A DNA stretch of 32,000 bases from Synechococcus sp. A15-28 (GTDB lineage Bacteria; Cyanobacteriota; Cyanobacteriia; PCC-6307; Cyanobiaceae): contig NZ_CP047931.1 in the NCBI RefSeq assembly GCF_014280175.1, positions 2,280,001 to 2,312,000 on the forward strand. The letters run 5' to 3'. Below, in pieces: positions 1 to 8,569 of this stretch. The notes under the pieces were generated by a model, which saw nothing but the letters and a program-made list of their open reading frames with translations, made no database searches and was not told where the DNA came from. The translations under genes and the position numbers were made by a program. Within the stretch, counting starts at the first letter, position 1, and the number at the start of each line of letters is the position of its first letter.

Positions 1-282
1 ACCCCTCTGATCATGGTGATGGGTCACAGTGTATGCGGTGCTGTTGACGCCGCACGCAAAAGCGACCCTCTGACCCCGCTTCTGGAGAAACTGGTCACGC
101 CAATCCGTGCGTCACTCACTCCTGGCGAAACACTGGATGAATCCATCCAAGCCAATTCGCGCTACGCGGCCAATCAGCTGACGGAAAGGAGTGCCGTTCT
201 TGCCGACGCTGTCAAAAACGGTTCCCTTCAGATCGTTGTCAGCACCTTCAACATCGCAGACGGTTCCGTCAGCATGGTCTGA
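1..282 (+). CDS. beta-class carbonic anhydrase-like protein, C-terminal fragment (5' end lies outside the window)
   Basis: Frame 1 is open from nt 1 ([15 protein letters not shown]...). The GHSxCGA zinc-ligand-type motif and the C-terminal [15 protein letters not shown] strand resemble beta-CAs. The stop TGA at 280-282 shares one base with the moaC ATG (TGATG). Confidence 0.5.
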   Translation, partial: TPLIMVMGHSVCGAVDAARKSDPLTPLLEKLVTPIRASLTPGETLDESIQANSRYAANQLTERSAVLADAVKNGSLQIVVSTFNIADGSVSMV

Positions 283-758
283 TGGAGGCTCCTCTCAATC
301 ATCTGAACCAGCAAGGCGAGGTTCACATGGTTGACGTGGGGGACCGCCCGGCCACCCACCGCGAGGCCCATGCCACAGGCGCGATCCGCATGGACGCCTC
401 AACCCTCGGCCTGATCCAGCGGGGCGAGACACCGAAAGGAGATCTTCTGGCGGTCGCCCGGGTGGCAGCGATCCAGGCCGCCAAACGCACCTGGGAGCTG
501 ATTCCCCTGTGCCATCCGCTGCCACTCAGTGGCATGGATGTGTCGATCGACGCCGACGCCTCCCTGCCTGGCCTGGTGCTCCACTGCCGCTGCCGCACCA
601 CAGGCCAGACCGGGGTGGAAATGGAAGCGATGACGGCCGTGTCCGTGGGGCTGCTGACCCTCTACGACATGCTCAAGGCGGTTGATCCAGCCATGACGAT
701 CGAGGCGATCCAGCTGGAGTTCAAGGAAGGAGGGCGGAACGGTGTCTGGAAACGCTGA
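282..758 (+). CDS. moaC: cyclic pyranopterin monophosphate synthase MoaC
   Basis: 158-aa ORF with typical MoaC blocks ([66 protein letters not shown]). Confidence 0.9.
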   Translation: MEAPLNHLNQQGEVHMVDVGDRPATHREAHATGAIRMDASTLGLIQRGETPKGDLLAVARVAAIQAAKRTWELIPLCHPLPLSGMDVSIDADASLPGLVLHCRCRTTGQTGVEMEAMTAVSVGLLTLYDMLKAVDPAMTIEAIQLEFKEGGRNGVWKR

Positions 759-1992
759 GCCCTACGGACGCGAAGGGCTACCCCTCGAAGAGGCACGTCG
801 ACGGGTTCTGGCGGCACTCCAGCCGATCACAGCCAGCAACACAGTGCCGCTGCAGCAGGCCCTCGGCCGGGTGAGCGCTGCGGATGTGCTGGCCAGCGCA
901 GCGGTTCCGGGCTTCCGGGCCTCGATCATGGACGGCTACGCCCTGGGGCAGAACCACCAGCCCAAACCTGGGGAGACCTGGCAGCTGAAGGGACGCTCCG
1001 CCGCCGGCCAGCCCTTCAACGGAACCCTGGCCACCGGCGATGCGATCCGCATCCTCACCGGCGCTCCACTGCCGGACGTTGCCGGCTGGGTGCTGCCCCA
1101 GGAGCTGATCAGCGTGAACGGCACCAGCCTCCAGCTGGTGAAAGAAGCGTCGGATCGTCCCTGGATTCGCCCCGAGGATGAGGAATGTCGAGCGGGAGAC
1201 CTGCTGCTGGCCGCTGGAGAGCGCCTTGGTGCCGCCGATCTCGCACGCCTCGCCGGCTGCGGCATCGCCGACCTAACCGTTGCCCAGCAACCCCGCATCG
1301 GGCTGCTGATCAGCGGGGACGAGCTGGTGCCACCCGGAACAGCGCGGCAACCCGGTGCCATCTGGGAGAGCAACGGCACGCTTCTGGAGACAATGCTCCG
1401 GGCCCTCAGGCAATCGGTGACCCAGCGACGGGTGGTGGCCGATCAACCCGACGCCCTGCGGCAGGCCCTGCTGGATCTGGCCCATGACTGCGACGTGGTG
1501 GTGAGCACCGGCGGCGTCTCCGCCGGCGACACCGATTGGATCCGACCCCTGGTGGCGGAGCTGGGTGCTGTGGACTTCTGGAAACTGTTCCTACGCCCGG
1601 GGCGCCCCTTTGCCTTCGGCAGCATCGGTGAGGGCGTGCCGTTTTTCGGACTGCCGGGCAATCCCGTGGCGGCGGCAGTTACCGCCCTGCAACTGCTCTG
1701 GCCCGCCCTGCAGGTTCTGGAGGGCCAGAGCGAACCAGAGCTGTTCCCCCGGGTGATGGTGGAACTGGCCGACCCGTTGTCCCGCCGACCGGGACGGCCG
1801 GAACTGGCACGGGCCCGCCTCGACACCAACGCCGCAGGAACGCTGCTGGCACGGGTAGATGGCTCGCAGGCCTCATCCCGGATCGGTTCGCTGCAACAGG
1901 CCGATCTACTGTTGGAACTGCCAGCGGAAGCCGGCCCGCTCGAAAGGGGCACCCGTCTCTGGGCCCAGCTGATACGTCAACGGATTTTCTAA
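742..1992 (+). CDS. moeA: molybdopterin molybdenumtransferase MoeA
   Basis: 416-aa ORF with a GTG start that overlaps the moaC 3' end by 17 nt. MoeA-like blocks are present: [46 protein letters not shown]. Confidence 0.88.
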   Translation: MSGNAEPYGREGLPLEEARRRVLAALQPITASNTVPLQQALGRVSAADVLASAAVPGFRASIMDGYALGQNHQPKPGETWQLKGRSAAGQPFNGTLATGDAIRILTGAPLPDVAGWVLPQELISVNGTSLQLVKEASDRPWIRPEDEECRAGDLLLAAGERLGAADLARLAGCGIADLTVAQQPRIGLLISGDELVPPGTARQPGAIWESNGTLLETMLRALRQSVTQRRVVADQPDALRQALLDLAHDCDVVVSTGGVSAGDTDWIRPLVAELGAVDFWKLFLRPGRPFAFGSIGEGVPFFGLPGNPVAAAVTALQLLWPALQVLEGQSEPELFPRVMVELADPLSRRPGRPELARARLDTNAAGTLLARVDGSQASSRIGSLQQADLLLELPAEAGPLERGTRLWAQLIRQRIF

Positions 1993-2786
1993 GCCGCAGC
2001 AGGCTGAAAGCAGCGGCGCTCCCAAGCCATGAGCTGGCCCGATGCATCGAAATGGATGCTGATCTGCTGAAACAGCGCATCGCCGAGACACCCGCCGATC
2101 TCGAGGCTGAAGGGCTGATTGAGAATCTCGCTGGGCACCGAGAACACCAAGCCGTCGGGCATCACGGCTGAGCAGTCGTTGTGCAACAGCTGGCTTGGAT
2201 CGAACAGCATCGGAGCGGCGTCCTCCGCCTGGCCGTTCACCCCCGCTTGCGGTCTGAGCATCTGCCGCTCGCCACTCCATCCATGTACCGGCGCCAGCAG
2301 GGCTTCGGGTGTCCCGCATGCGGGACGGTCGGGTTCGGGATCAGGACTGTTCAGGCAACGGAAACCCACCGCCCCAACACGCTGTAAAAGCCAACAGCCG
2401 TCGAGCGGTTCCCAGAGCAGCACCAGCATCGAGCGGGAACGTCCGCAGAACAGGTTGATCTCATGGCCGAAGCGGGGACGCTCGGGATCAAGCCCCCGGC
2501 TCGACTGACCGCCCGCCCCGGGGAACTGCCAACAGCCTCCACCAGCGTTGTAGGTGGCTCGGCTGATGGGATAAGTGGCCTTACCACCGGGGGCAAAGGC
2601 CAGACCCGAGCCATCCCACACCCCTTGGTCGTCATCGGAAAAGGAAATCGCGTAAGTGGTGGGGTCGATCCGACGGGTCGGACAGTGCAGATCCAGCCGA
2701 CCGCTGCCATCCCGCTCAAACCAATGGCCGCAGCCCTGCCAGTGGCCGGCGAAATTGCGGCTGTTGAGGGTCCATTGATCGGTCAT
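1989..2786 (-). CDS. conserved hypothetical protein (possibly DUF3598-like; family assignment from memory only)
   Basis: This is the longest ORF in the interval (265 aa). It is Trp/Gly-rich and looks globular. Its 3' end overlaps the moeA stop by 4 nt. The other ORFs here are shorter overlapping frames typical of high-GC DNA. Confidence 0.6.
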   Translation of the reverse strand: MTDQWTLNSRNFAGHWQGCGHWFERDGSGRLDLHCPTRRIDPTTYAISFSDDDQGVWDGSGLAFAPGGKATYPISRATYNAGGGCWQFPGAGGQSSRGLDPERPRFGHEINLFCGRSRSMLVLLWEPLDGCWLLQRVGAVGFRCLNSPDPEPDRPACGTPEALLAPVHGWSGERQMLRPQAGVNGQAEDAAPMLFDPSQLLHNDCSAVMPDGLVFSVPSEILNQPFSLEIGGCLGDALFQQISIHFDASGQLMAWERRCFQPAAA

Positions 2787-2845
2787 GTCCGTGACGGCAT
2801 GAATCGGTCGATCTCCTTAGCGTCACGCCAACAGCCATCCCCACC

Positions 2846-3709
2846 ATGGACCTGACGATCGTTGGCTGCGGCTATGTGGGGCTCGCCCTGGCGGAGCGGC
2901 TGCAACCAAGGCGGCCCCAGCTGAAGCTGACGCTCACCACCACCAGCAGAGAACGGCTGGCGCAACTCAGCCCCCTGGCCGATCGGGTGGAGCTGTGCGA
3001 CGCCACCAACCCCGCGCAATTGCTGGCCGCCCTGCGGCAAAGCAGCAGCGCCGTGTTCTGTCTTGGGCCAAAGGGAGATCGCCAGGTGGATGCCAACGGC
3101 TACCGCCACACCTTCATCGACAGCTTCTGCTGCCTGGCGTCGCTGTTGCCACAACTGCCGGAACTGCGGCAGATCGTCTACACGGGCAGTTGCTCGGTGT
3201 ATGGCGATGCCGAAGGGGACTGGGTGGATGAGCAAACACCACCCGCGCCAGGCCGCGGCCATGGCGATGTTCTGCTGGAAAGCGAACAACAGCTCAGCGG
3301 CATCGGCGACAGGCGGGTGTGCATCCTGCGCCTCGGGGCGCTCTATGGCCCCGGCCGCGATCTTGATCGACGCCTGCGCGGACTTGCTGGACTGGAACGT
3401 CCTGGCAACGGAGCGACCTACAGCAACTGGCTGCATGTGGCGGATGCCGCCGGTGCCCTGGAAGCCGCTCTCAATGCTGAATGGGCCGGTCTGGTGAACG
3501 TGGTCAACGACGAGCCGATTCAGCTGCGAGACCTGGTAGGGCGCAGCCTGCAGCGCCAGGGTCTGGCCCCCGTGCGCTGGCTGGGGCAGGACGAACCGGG
3601 TTCAGGGGGCCGACGGATTCGCAACACCCGGCTCAAACAGCTGGGCTACCAACTGCAGCACCCGCGCCTTGATCAGAGTGGCGTGTTGGCCACCAGCCAG
3701 GTGCCCTGA
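2846..3709 (+). CDS. NAD(P)-dependent epimerase/dehydratase-type SDR family protein
   Basis: The N-terminal Rossmann motif is IVGCGYVGLALAERL. Extended-SDR-like features include YTGSCSVYGD and ILRLGALYGPGR. 287 aa. Confidence 0.75.
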   Translation: MDLTIVGCGYVGLALAERLQPRRPQLKLTLTTTSRERLAQLSPLADRVELCDATNPAQLLAALRQSSSAVFCLGPKGDRQVDANGYRHTFIDSFCCLASLLPQLPELRQIVYTGSCSVYGDAEGDWVDEQTPPAPGRGHGDVLLESEQQLSGIGDRRVCILRLGALYGPGRDLDRRLRGLAGLERPGNGATYSNWLHVADAAGALEAALNAEWAGLVNVVNDEPIQLRDLVGRSLQRQGLAPVRWLGQDEPGSGGRRIRNTRLKQLGYQLQHPRLDQSGVLATSQVP

Positions 3710-4101
3710 CCCGCGCACCACTCCCGCTTCCAGAACGGGGCCTGGTGCTTGAGCTGCTCTAACAAGGCGGCTGAGCAGCGCTGCGCCGCTCCACGACGAT
3801 CGGCCTGCACCGCCACCAGCACGATCGGCTCACCGGGGGCAAGCTTGCCCACCCGATGCAGCACCAAAATCGGCCCCGCCTGGTGCTCCTGCTGCAGACG
3901 CTGGGCCATAGCTGTGATCTGACGTTCGCAGAGGCCGGGGAAGTGCTCCAGCTCCAGCGCCTCCAGAGGCCGGCCATCCATCGTGGTGGGCCGCACCCGA
4001 CCGATGAAGATGGCCGCGGCCGCGGCATCCCCACACCAGAGCGCAAGCTGCTGCCACGGATCAAAGGGATCCGGGCACACCTCCACACGGCAACCGGTCA
4101 T
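3673..4101 (-). CDS. moaE: molybdopterin synthase catalytic subunit MoaE
   Basis: 142-aa ORF with MoaE-like blocks (GAA..FIGRVR, LEALELEHFPGL, GEPIVLVAVQADRRGAA, LKHQAPFWKRE). It lies 3 nt downstream of moaD on the same strand. Confidence 0.88.
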   Translation of the reverse strand: MTGCRVEVCPDPFDPWQQLALWCGDAAAAAIFIGRVRPTTMDGRPLEALELEHFPGLCERQITAMAQRLQQEHQAGPILVLHRVGKLAPGEPIVLVAVQADRRGAAQRCSAALLEQLKHQAPFWKREWCAGQGTWLVANTPL

Positions 4102-4104
4102 GGT

Positions 4105-4335
4105 TCACCCCCCCGTGAACGGTGGCAGAAAGGCCAGCTCATCTCCAGCCTGCAACGGCTGATTGGCACCGACCAACTCCTGGTTCACCGCAATGCTGAT
4201 GCCCTCGAGCGGACCAAGATCCAACTGGTCCCAGACCTCACGAGCCGTCGAAACGCCTGAAGTGAACGGAAGGGAACGCTCGCCCCAACCGGCGCGTTCG
4301 CGCAGGGATGCGAACAGCAACACCCGGAGCACCAT
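4105..4335 (-). CDS. moaD: molybdopterin synthase sulfur-carrier subunit MoaD
   Basis: Internal ATG at 4335-4333 of the 4105..4860 ORF gives a 76-aa protein, MVLRVLLFASLRE...DELAFLPPFTGG. The C-terminal Gly-Gly is diagnostic of MoaD/ThiS-type carriers. The longer upstream extension is antisense to moaB. Confidence 0.85.
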   Translation of the reverse strand: MVLRVLLFASLRERAGWGERSLPFTSGVSTAREVWDQLDLGPLEGISIAVNQELVGANQPLQAGDELAFLPPFTGG

Positions 4336-4386
4336 GGCCTTCCCATCTGGAGCGGTTCTAGCGTCCGAAGGCTTCGCCGCTGTGCC

Positions 4387-4884
4387 ATGGCCCTGTCCAT
4401 CGCCCTGCTCACCATCTCCGACACACGCAGCCTGGCGGACGACAGCAGCGGAGATCAGCTGCAGCGCAGCCTTGAAGCCGCCGGCCATCGCCTTCACGAG
4501 CGACAACTCTGCCCGGATGATCGCTATCAGATCCGCCGTGAACTGAGCCGCTGGATCGCCGATCCCGCGGTTGATGTGATGATCACCAGCGGCGGCACCG
4601 GACTCACCGGCCGTGATGGCACCCCTGAAGCGGTGGTACCGCTGCTGGACAAAACAATCGAGGGATTCGGGGAACTGTTCCGTGTGCTCTCCTTCGAGAG
4701 CATTGGCACCAGTACGCTGCAAAGCCGCTGCCTTGCCGGCGTGGCCAACGGCACCTTTGTGTTTGTGCTGCCGGGATCTCTGGATGCGGTAACCACCGCT
4801 TGGGACAAGCTCATCCGTGCTCAGCTTGATGAACAGACCCGTCCCTGCAACCTGGCCCAACTGCGGGCTCGCTTGAAGGAATAA
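4387..4884 (+). CDS. moaB: molybdenum cofactor biosynthesis protein MoaB/Mog-domain protein
   Basis: 165 aa with the MoaB/MogA-type fold signature (ALLTISDTRS, DVMITSGGTGLTGRD.TPEA, FVFVLPGS). Confidence 0.85.
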   Translation: MALSIALLTISDTRSLADDSSGDQLQRSLEAAGHRLHERQLCPDDRYQIRRELSRWIADPAVDVMITSGGTGLTGRDGTPEAVVPLLDKTIEGFGELFRVLSFESIGTSTLQSRCLAGVANGTFVFVLPGSLDAVTTAWDKLIRAQLDEQTRPCNLAQLRARLKE

Positions 4885-4905
4885 AGCGGGATCGAGGGGA
4901 GCTGT

Positions 4906-5694
4906 TCAGAACGGAATCGGCATCGTGACCGCTGCCGGTGTGGGCATGCAGGCTTCAATCTGCTGATCAATCACCTCACCCACCACAACGATCGAGGGTG
5001 ACTTGAAGGCCTCGGCTCGGCATTGATCAGCAACGTCAACCAGAGTGGCCTTGAGGCAGCGTTGCCCCGCCACCGTGCCCTGCTGGATAACCGCCACAGG
5101 GGTTGTAGTGGCCAAACCACCCGCCATCAGTTCCTCCGCGATCCGGGGCAGGTTGTGGAGCCCCATGTAGATCACCAATCCGTCACTGGCCGTGGCCAAA
5201 GCGCGCCAATCCACGGAGGGACGACGCTTGTCGATTTCCTCATGACCGGTGACGAAGGTCACCGATGAGCCCGCCCGCCGGTGGGTGACGGGAATCCCGG
5301 CGTAGGCAGGGGCGGCAATACCAGCGGTGACACCAGGCACCACCTGAACAGGAATGTTCCGCTCCGCCAGGTAAGCCGCTTCTTCCCCTCCACGACCAAA
5401 CAGGAAGGGATCACCCCCCTTCAAACGCACCACCGTGCTGTGCTTCTGGGCCATTTCAACGAGCACGGCATTCGTGCTGGGTTGTGGCACCGAATGATGT
5501 CCGCGACGCTTGCCGACAAAACGGCGTTCACAGGACGCCGGCACAAGATCCAGCACTTCTCTGGGCACCAGCGAGTCGTACACCAGGGCATCGCACTGGC
5601 TCAGCAGCCGATTCGCCTTCAGCGTGAGCAATTCGGGATCGCCGGGACCGGCTCCCACCAGATAAACGGTTCCGGTTTGTTCAGCGGTGGTCAC
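4906..5694 (-). CDS. cobA: uroporphyrinogen-III C-methyltransferase (siroheme/corrin branch)
   Basis: 262 aa with tetrapyrrole methylase motifs VYLVGAGPGDPELLTLKA, VVRLKGGDPFLFGRGGEE and VVPGVTAGIAAPAYAGIP. Confidence 0.92.
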   Translation of the reverse strand: MTTAEQTGTVYLVGAGPGDPELLTLKANRLLSQCDALVYDSLVPREVLDLVPASCERRFVGKRRGHHSVPQPSTNAVLVEMAQKHSTVVRLKGGDPFLFGRGGEEAAYLAERNIPVQVVPGVTAGIAAPAYAGIPVTHRRAGSSVTFVTGHEEIDKRRPSVDWRALATASDGLVIYMGLHNLPRIAEELMAGGLATTTPVAVIQQGTVAGQRCLKATLVDVADQCRAEAFKSPSIVVVGEVIDQQIEACMPTPAAVTMPIPF

Positions 5695-6353
5695 GGCAGA
5701 GAAACAAGCAGATCGATCAGGGCCTGGCGGGTGGGGGGATGCTCCAGCAGAGGAGGCAATCCACCAGCTTCGCTCAATGCCTCCGTCATGCGGTTCGGGG
5801 CGAGGGTTAACGGGAGTGGGCGGGCGCAGGGATTGCGCTGCTGATACTTGGGCCAGGCATCAAAGGCAACCAATGGCAAGGCCAGGCGAGAGGAGAGCAT
5901 CGCGAGGAAGCGATCCGCCACTCCCGGGCGCAGGGGGTGATGCACCAGCACGGCATCACGGCGCTCAGACACCGGCAGTGCTGAGATCACCGCGTTCCAC
6001 CAGGTGATCCAGGAGCCCAGAAAGGGAAGCAAACGCACGCTGGCCCCGGCGGCATGAAGCCTGTTGCGAATCGCCGGCACGTCCGTTCGGGCATGCGCTC
6101 CAGGCAACAGCAGCAACGGAACAATCCAAGAGGGTTGGAGAAGCGCCGACACGGGTTGTTCAGCCGTCAGCACCTCCAGCTGAACGGGCGCCGATCGCCG
6201 CTGGGCCAGGAGATCCGGCAGGGAGGCCAAGCAGTCGGGAACGACACCGCCACTACGGCCATGCACCACCAGATGCAACCCTTGACGCCCCCGATCGGAA
6301 GCGTCATTCCGTAGCAATGGCCACGGATCAAAAAAAGAGCTATCTGATGTCAT
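5691..6353 (-). CDS. CbiX/SirB-like sirohydrochlorin chelatase (putative)
   Basis: The ORF is 5691..6398. I prefer the ATG at 6353 (MTSDSS...). Two CbiX-like half-domains are visible (LHLVVHGRSGG ... LLLLPGAHARTDVP ... VLVHHPLRPG). The stop overlaps the cobA start by 4 nt. Confidence 0.5.
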   Translation of the reverse strand: MTSDSSFFDPWPLLRNDASDRGRQGLHLVVHGRSGGVVPDCLASLPDLLAQRRSAPVQLEVLTAEQPVSALLQPSWIVPLLLLPGAHARTDVPAIRNRLHAAGASVRLLPFLGSWITWWNAVISALPVSERRDAVLVHHPLRPGVADRFLAMLSSRLALPLVAFDAWPKYQQRNPCARPLPLTLAPNRMTEALSEAGGLPPLLEHPPTRQALIDLLVSLP

Positions 6354-6362
6354 CGAGAAGTA

Positions 6363-6680
6363 ATGACCTGGGGTAAGTACATGGCACCTCGCCAACAAAA
6401 CGAAAGTGCATCATTGGAAAGTCGTTTCTACCGAGCACAGACACGTCGGCGCTTTGACCTAAGCTCTACATTAATTGAATTTAAGAGTCCCAGTATGCGC
6501 AAAAGGGCAAAGCCGTACGACAAGAGTTACAGACGGCAATACGAGCGGAATCGTAATTCCATCAACAGAACAACTTTTGAGTACGAACTAGAAAAGGACG
6601 TAGCCGCTTTGAAGACGGTTTGGCAAATGATCAGCTCGGGAGCTGCCCGCATGCTGAACAGAGTTTTACATCAGATTTAA
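6363..6680 (+). CDS. hypothetical small, highly basic protein
   Basis: 105-codon ORF sitting exactly at the left compositional junction. It is Arg/Lys-rich (RRRF, RKRAKPYDKSYRRQYERNR). I recognise no family. The only coding evidence is ORF length. Confidence 0.25.
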   Translation: MTWGKYMAPRQQNESASLESRFYRAQTRRRFDLSSTLIEFKSPSMRKRAKPYDKSYRRQYERNRNSINRTTFEYELEKDVAALKTVWQMISSGAARMLNRVLHQI

Positions 6681-6913
6681 ATCTATAAAATGAATAGCAT
6701 AGATCGCACAGGAAAAAGAATATAAAATCAACAGGGAAGCTGGGAGTCTAAAAAACCAACATTGTGCTAATATATTTTTTAAGTAGCTCGAGAAATCGAA
6801 GGTTACTTCACTATCGCACGCTTTCATTATTACGTAGCGACAAAGGTCCCCGGGCCGATTAAACTGATCTACTACATTTTTTGATCGATCAGTCCGCCCT
6901 ATTTTCATGAATC

Positions 6914-8455
6914 ATGACCATCAAAAACCAAGTCAACCCCTACTTCGCAGAAAAAAAAATGAATAAGATTGAAAAAAGTAAGTTGGAAAAAGATGGGCTT
7001 TTAGTAGGAAGCGAAATCGAAAAGTTTGCAAAAATTGGGTGGGAAAATATGGATGAAACCGATTTAAAACTCCGTCTGAAATGGTATGGAATGTTCTGGC
7101 GTCCGAAAACACCCGGAAAATTCATGCTAAGACTTAGAATACCAAATGGTGTATTGACATTCAATCAAATACGAGTTGTAGCTTCAATAGTTGAACGTTA
7201 TGGAGAAAATGGAAGCTGCGACATCACCACAAGGCAAAACCTGCAACTTAGAGGAATACTATTATGCGATCTTCCCGAGATCCTTAGAAGACTGCGTGAA
7301 GCCGGACTAACTAGCATCCAGTCGGGCTTTGATAATCCACGAAACGTAACCGGCAATCCACTCGCAGGAATAGATCCGAACGAAATCGTCGATACGAGAC
7401 CTTACACAACTAAATTGCAGAACTTTCTCACAAATAATTGTGAGGGAAATTCGGAATATTCCAACCTACCGAGAAAATGGAACACAGCAGTCGCAGGGTC
7501 TAAAGACAATTTCCTTCTTCACAACGACATAGTGTTTCATCCCGTTGAGAATAACGGCGTGATGGGTTTTAGCATCTGGATTGGAGGGATTTTATCTCCA
7601 CAGATGAACGCATATGCATTTCCCATGAATGTATGGGTATTACCTGACGAGATCTGCAACATTTTGGATACTGTGATTCGTCTCTGGAGAGACAATGGAG
7701 AAAGAGAAAAGAGAACCAAGGGACGTTTCCGCATGTATCTCGATGAGATAGGGCACGAGGAATTCCGCAGCCAAGTGGAAAAACTGTACGGAACACTCAC
7801 TCCCGATCCAGGCTCAATATTCGAAAACTCTCCACGCTCTCACTTCGGCATTAATCAGCAGAAACAAGCCGGACTTTATTTTGCTGGCATACACGTGCCG
7901 GTCGGTCGCCTCACGGCAGAGGATCTACAAGATATCGCAACAGCGAGTCTCAAATATGGAAATGGAGAAATTAGACTCACAGAAGACCAAAATATAATTA
8001 TCACAGGTCTTACGAGTGAAAAAGTTGAAGAATTAAAGACTGATACATTATTGCAGCGTTTCCCCCTAGCACCTAGCAATATTTCAGCAGGAACAGTGTC
8101 CTGCACGGGAAATACGTACTGTAGTTTTGCGCTTACCAACACTAAAGACCAAGCCTTAAAAGCAGCAAAGGAACTTGACGAGGAGTTGAATCTACCTGAA
8201 GAGATAAAAGTTCACTGGACTGGCTGTCCAAATACATGTGGACAGGCTTATATGGGAGCAATAGGTTTAACAGGTACAAAGGCTAAAAATGCTGAAGGAG
8301 TAATGGGTGAAGGCTACACAATGACTATTGGTGGTTCACAGGGTCGCAACCCAACTATTGGTCAAATCTATCGCAAAGCTATACCTGCGGCTGAAATCAA
8401 AACAGCCCTTAAGGAAGTACTTATTTCAAAATTTGGAGCTACAGAAAAGAAATAA
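6914..8455 (+). CDS. nirA: ferredoxin-nitrite reductase
   Basis: 513 aa with the N-terminal KDGL...EIEKFAKIGWENMDETD..RLKWYGMFWRPKTPGKFMLRLRIPNG block. The siroheme/4Fe-4S cysteine clusters SCTGNTYCSFA and TGCPNTCGQ are present. An alternative start lies at M16 (6959). Confidence 0.95.
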   Translation: MTIKNQVNPYFAEKKMNKIEKSKLEKDGLLVGSEIEKFAKIGWENMDETDLKLRLKWYGMFWRPKTPGKFMLRLRIPNGVLTFNQIRVVASIVERYGENGSCDITTRQNLQLRGILLCDLPEILRRLREAGLTSIQSGFDNPRNVTGNPLAGIDPNEIVDTRPYTTKLQNFLTNNCEGNSEYSNLPRKWNTAVAGSKDNFLLHNDIVFHPVENNGVMGFSIWIGGILSPQMNAYAFPMNVWVLPDEICNILDTVIRLWRDNGEREKRTKGRFRMYLDEIGHEEFRSQVEKLYGTLTPDPGSIFENSPRSHFGINQQKQAGLYFAGIHVPVGRLTAEDLQDIATASLKYGNGEIRLTEDQNIIITGLTSEKVEELKTDTLLQRFPLAPSNISAGTVSCTGNTYCSFALTNTKDQALKAAKELDEELNLPEEIKVHWTGCPNTCGQAYMGAIGLTGTKAKNAEGVMGEGYTMTIGGSQGRNPTIGQIYRKAIPAAEIKTALKEVLISKFGATEKK

Positions 8456-8569
8456 TCATTTTATAAGAAATAAAACAAGTTATAAAGCAAAGTTGATCAA
8501 CAGAGAAGAGTAAAGATAATATTGCAAAATTAAAAGAATTGCAATAATTAGAGTATAGAAAAAAAGATC

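Noticed and set aside
2790-2827. Inverted repeat CGTGACG-N24-CGTCACG in the divergent promoter at 2787-2845, sharing the GTGACG core with the 16-bp tandem repeat
   Set aside because: By rough estimate a 7-mer of this composition is expected several times by chance in ~17 kb of high-GC sequence. It also occurs inside ppk (about 24966). No significance can be claimed without a genome-wide count.
6330-6336. A-runs near both block edges (AAAAAAA at 6330-6336 and 21154-21160) considered as att-like direct repeats
   Set aside because: Only a low-complexity ~8-nt match (CAAAAAAA) is shared, and no integrase or tRNA is nearby. This is not evidence for site-specific integration.
6553-6566. GTAATTCCATCAAC as an NtcA site for nirA
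   Set aside because: The second half-site is imperfect (AAC instead of TAC). The site lies inside ORF 6363-6680 about 350 nt from nirA, and the sequence 22 nt downstream (TAGAAA) is not a good -10.
6666-6908. 80-aa minus-strand ORF directly upstream of nirA
   Set aside because: It would start 5 nt from the nirA ATG and occupy the nirA promoter/leader. It has no recognisable features, and its length is only marginally unusual.
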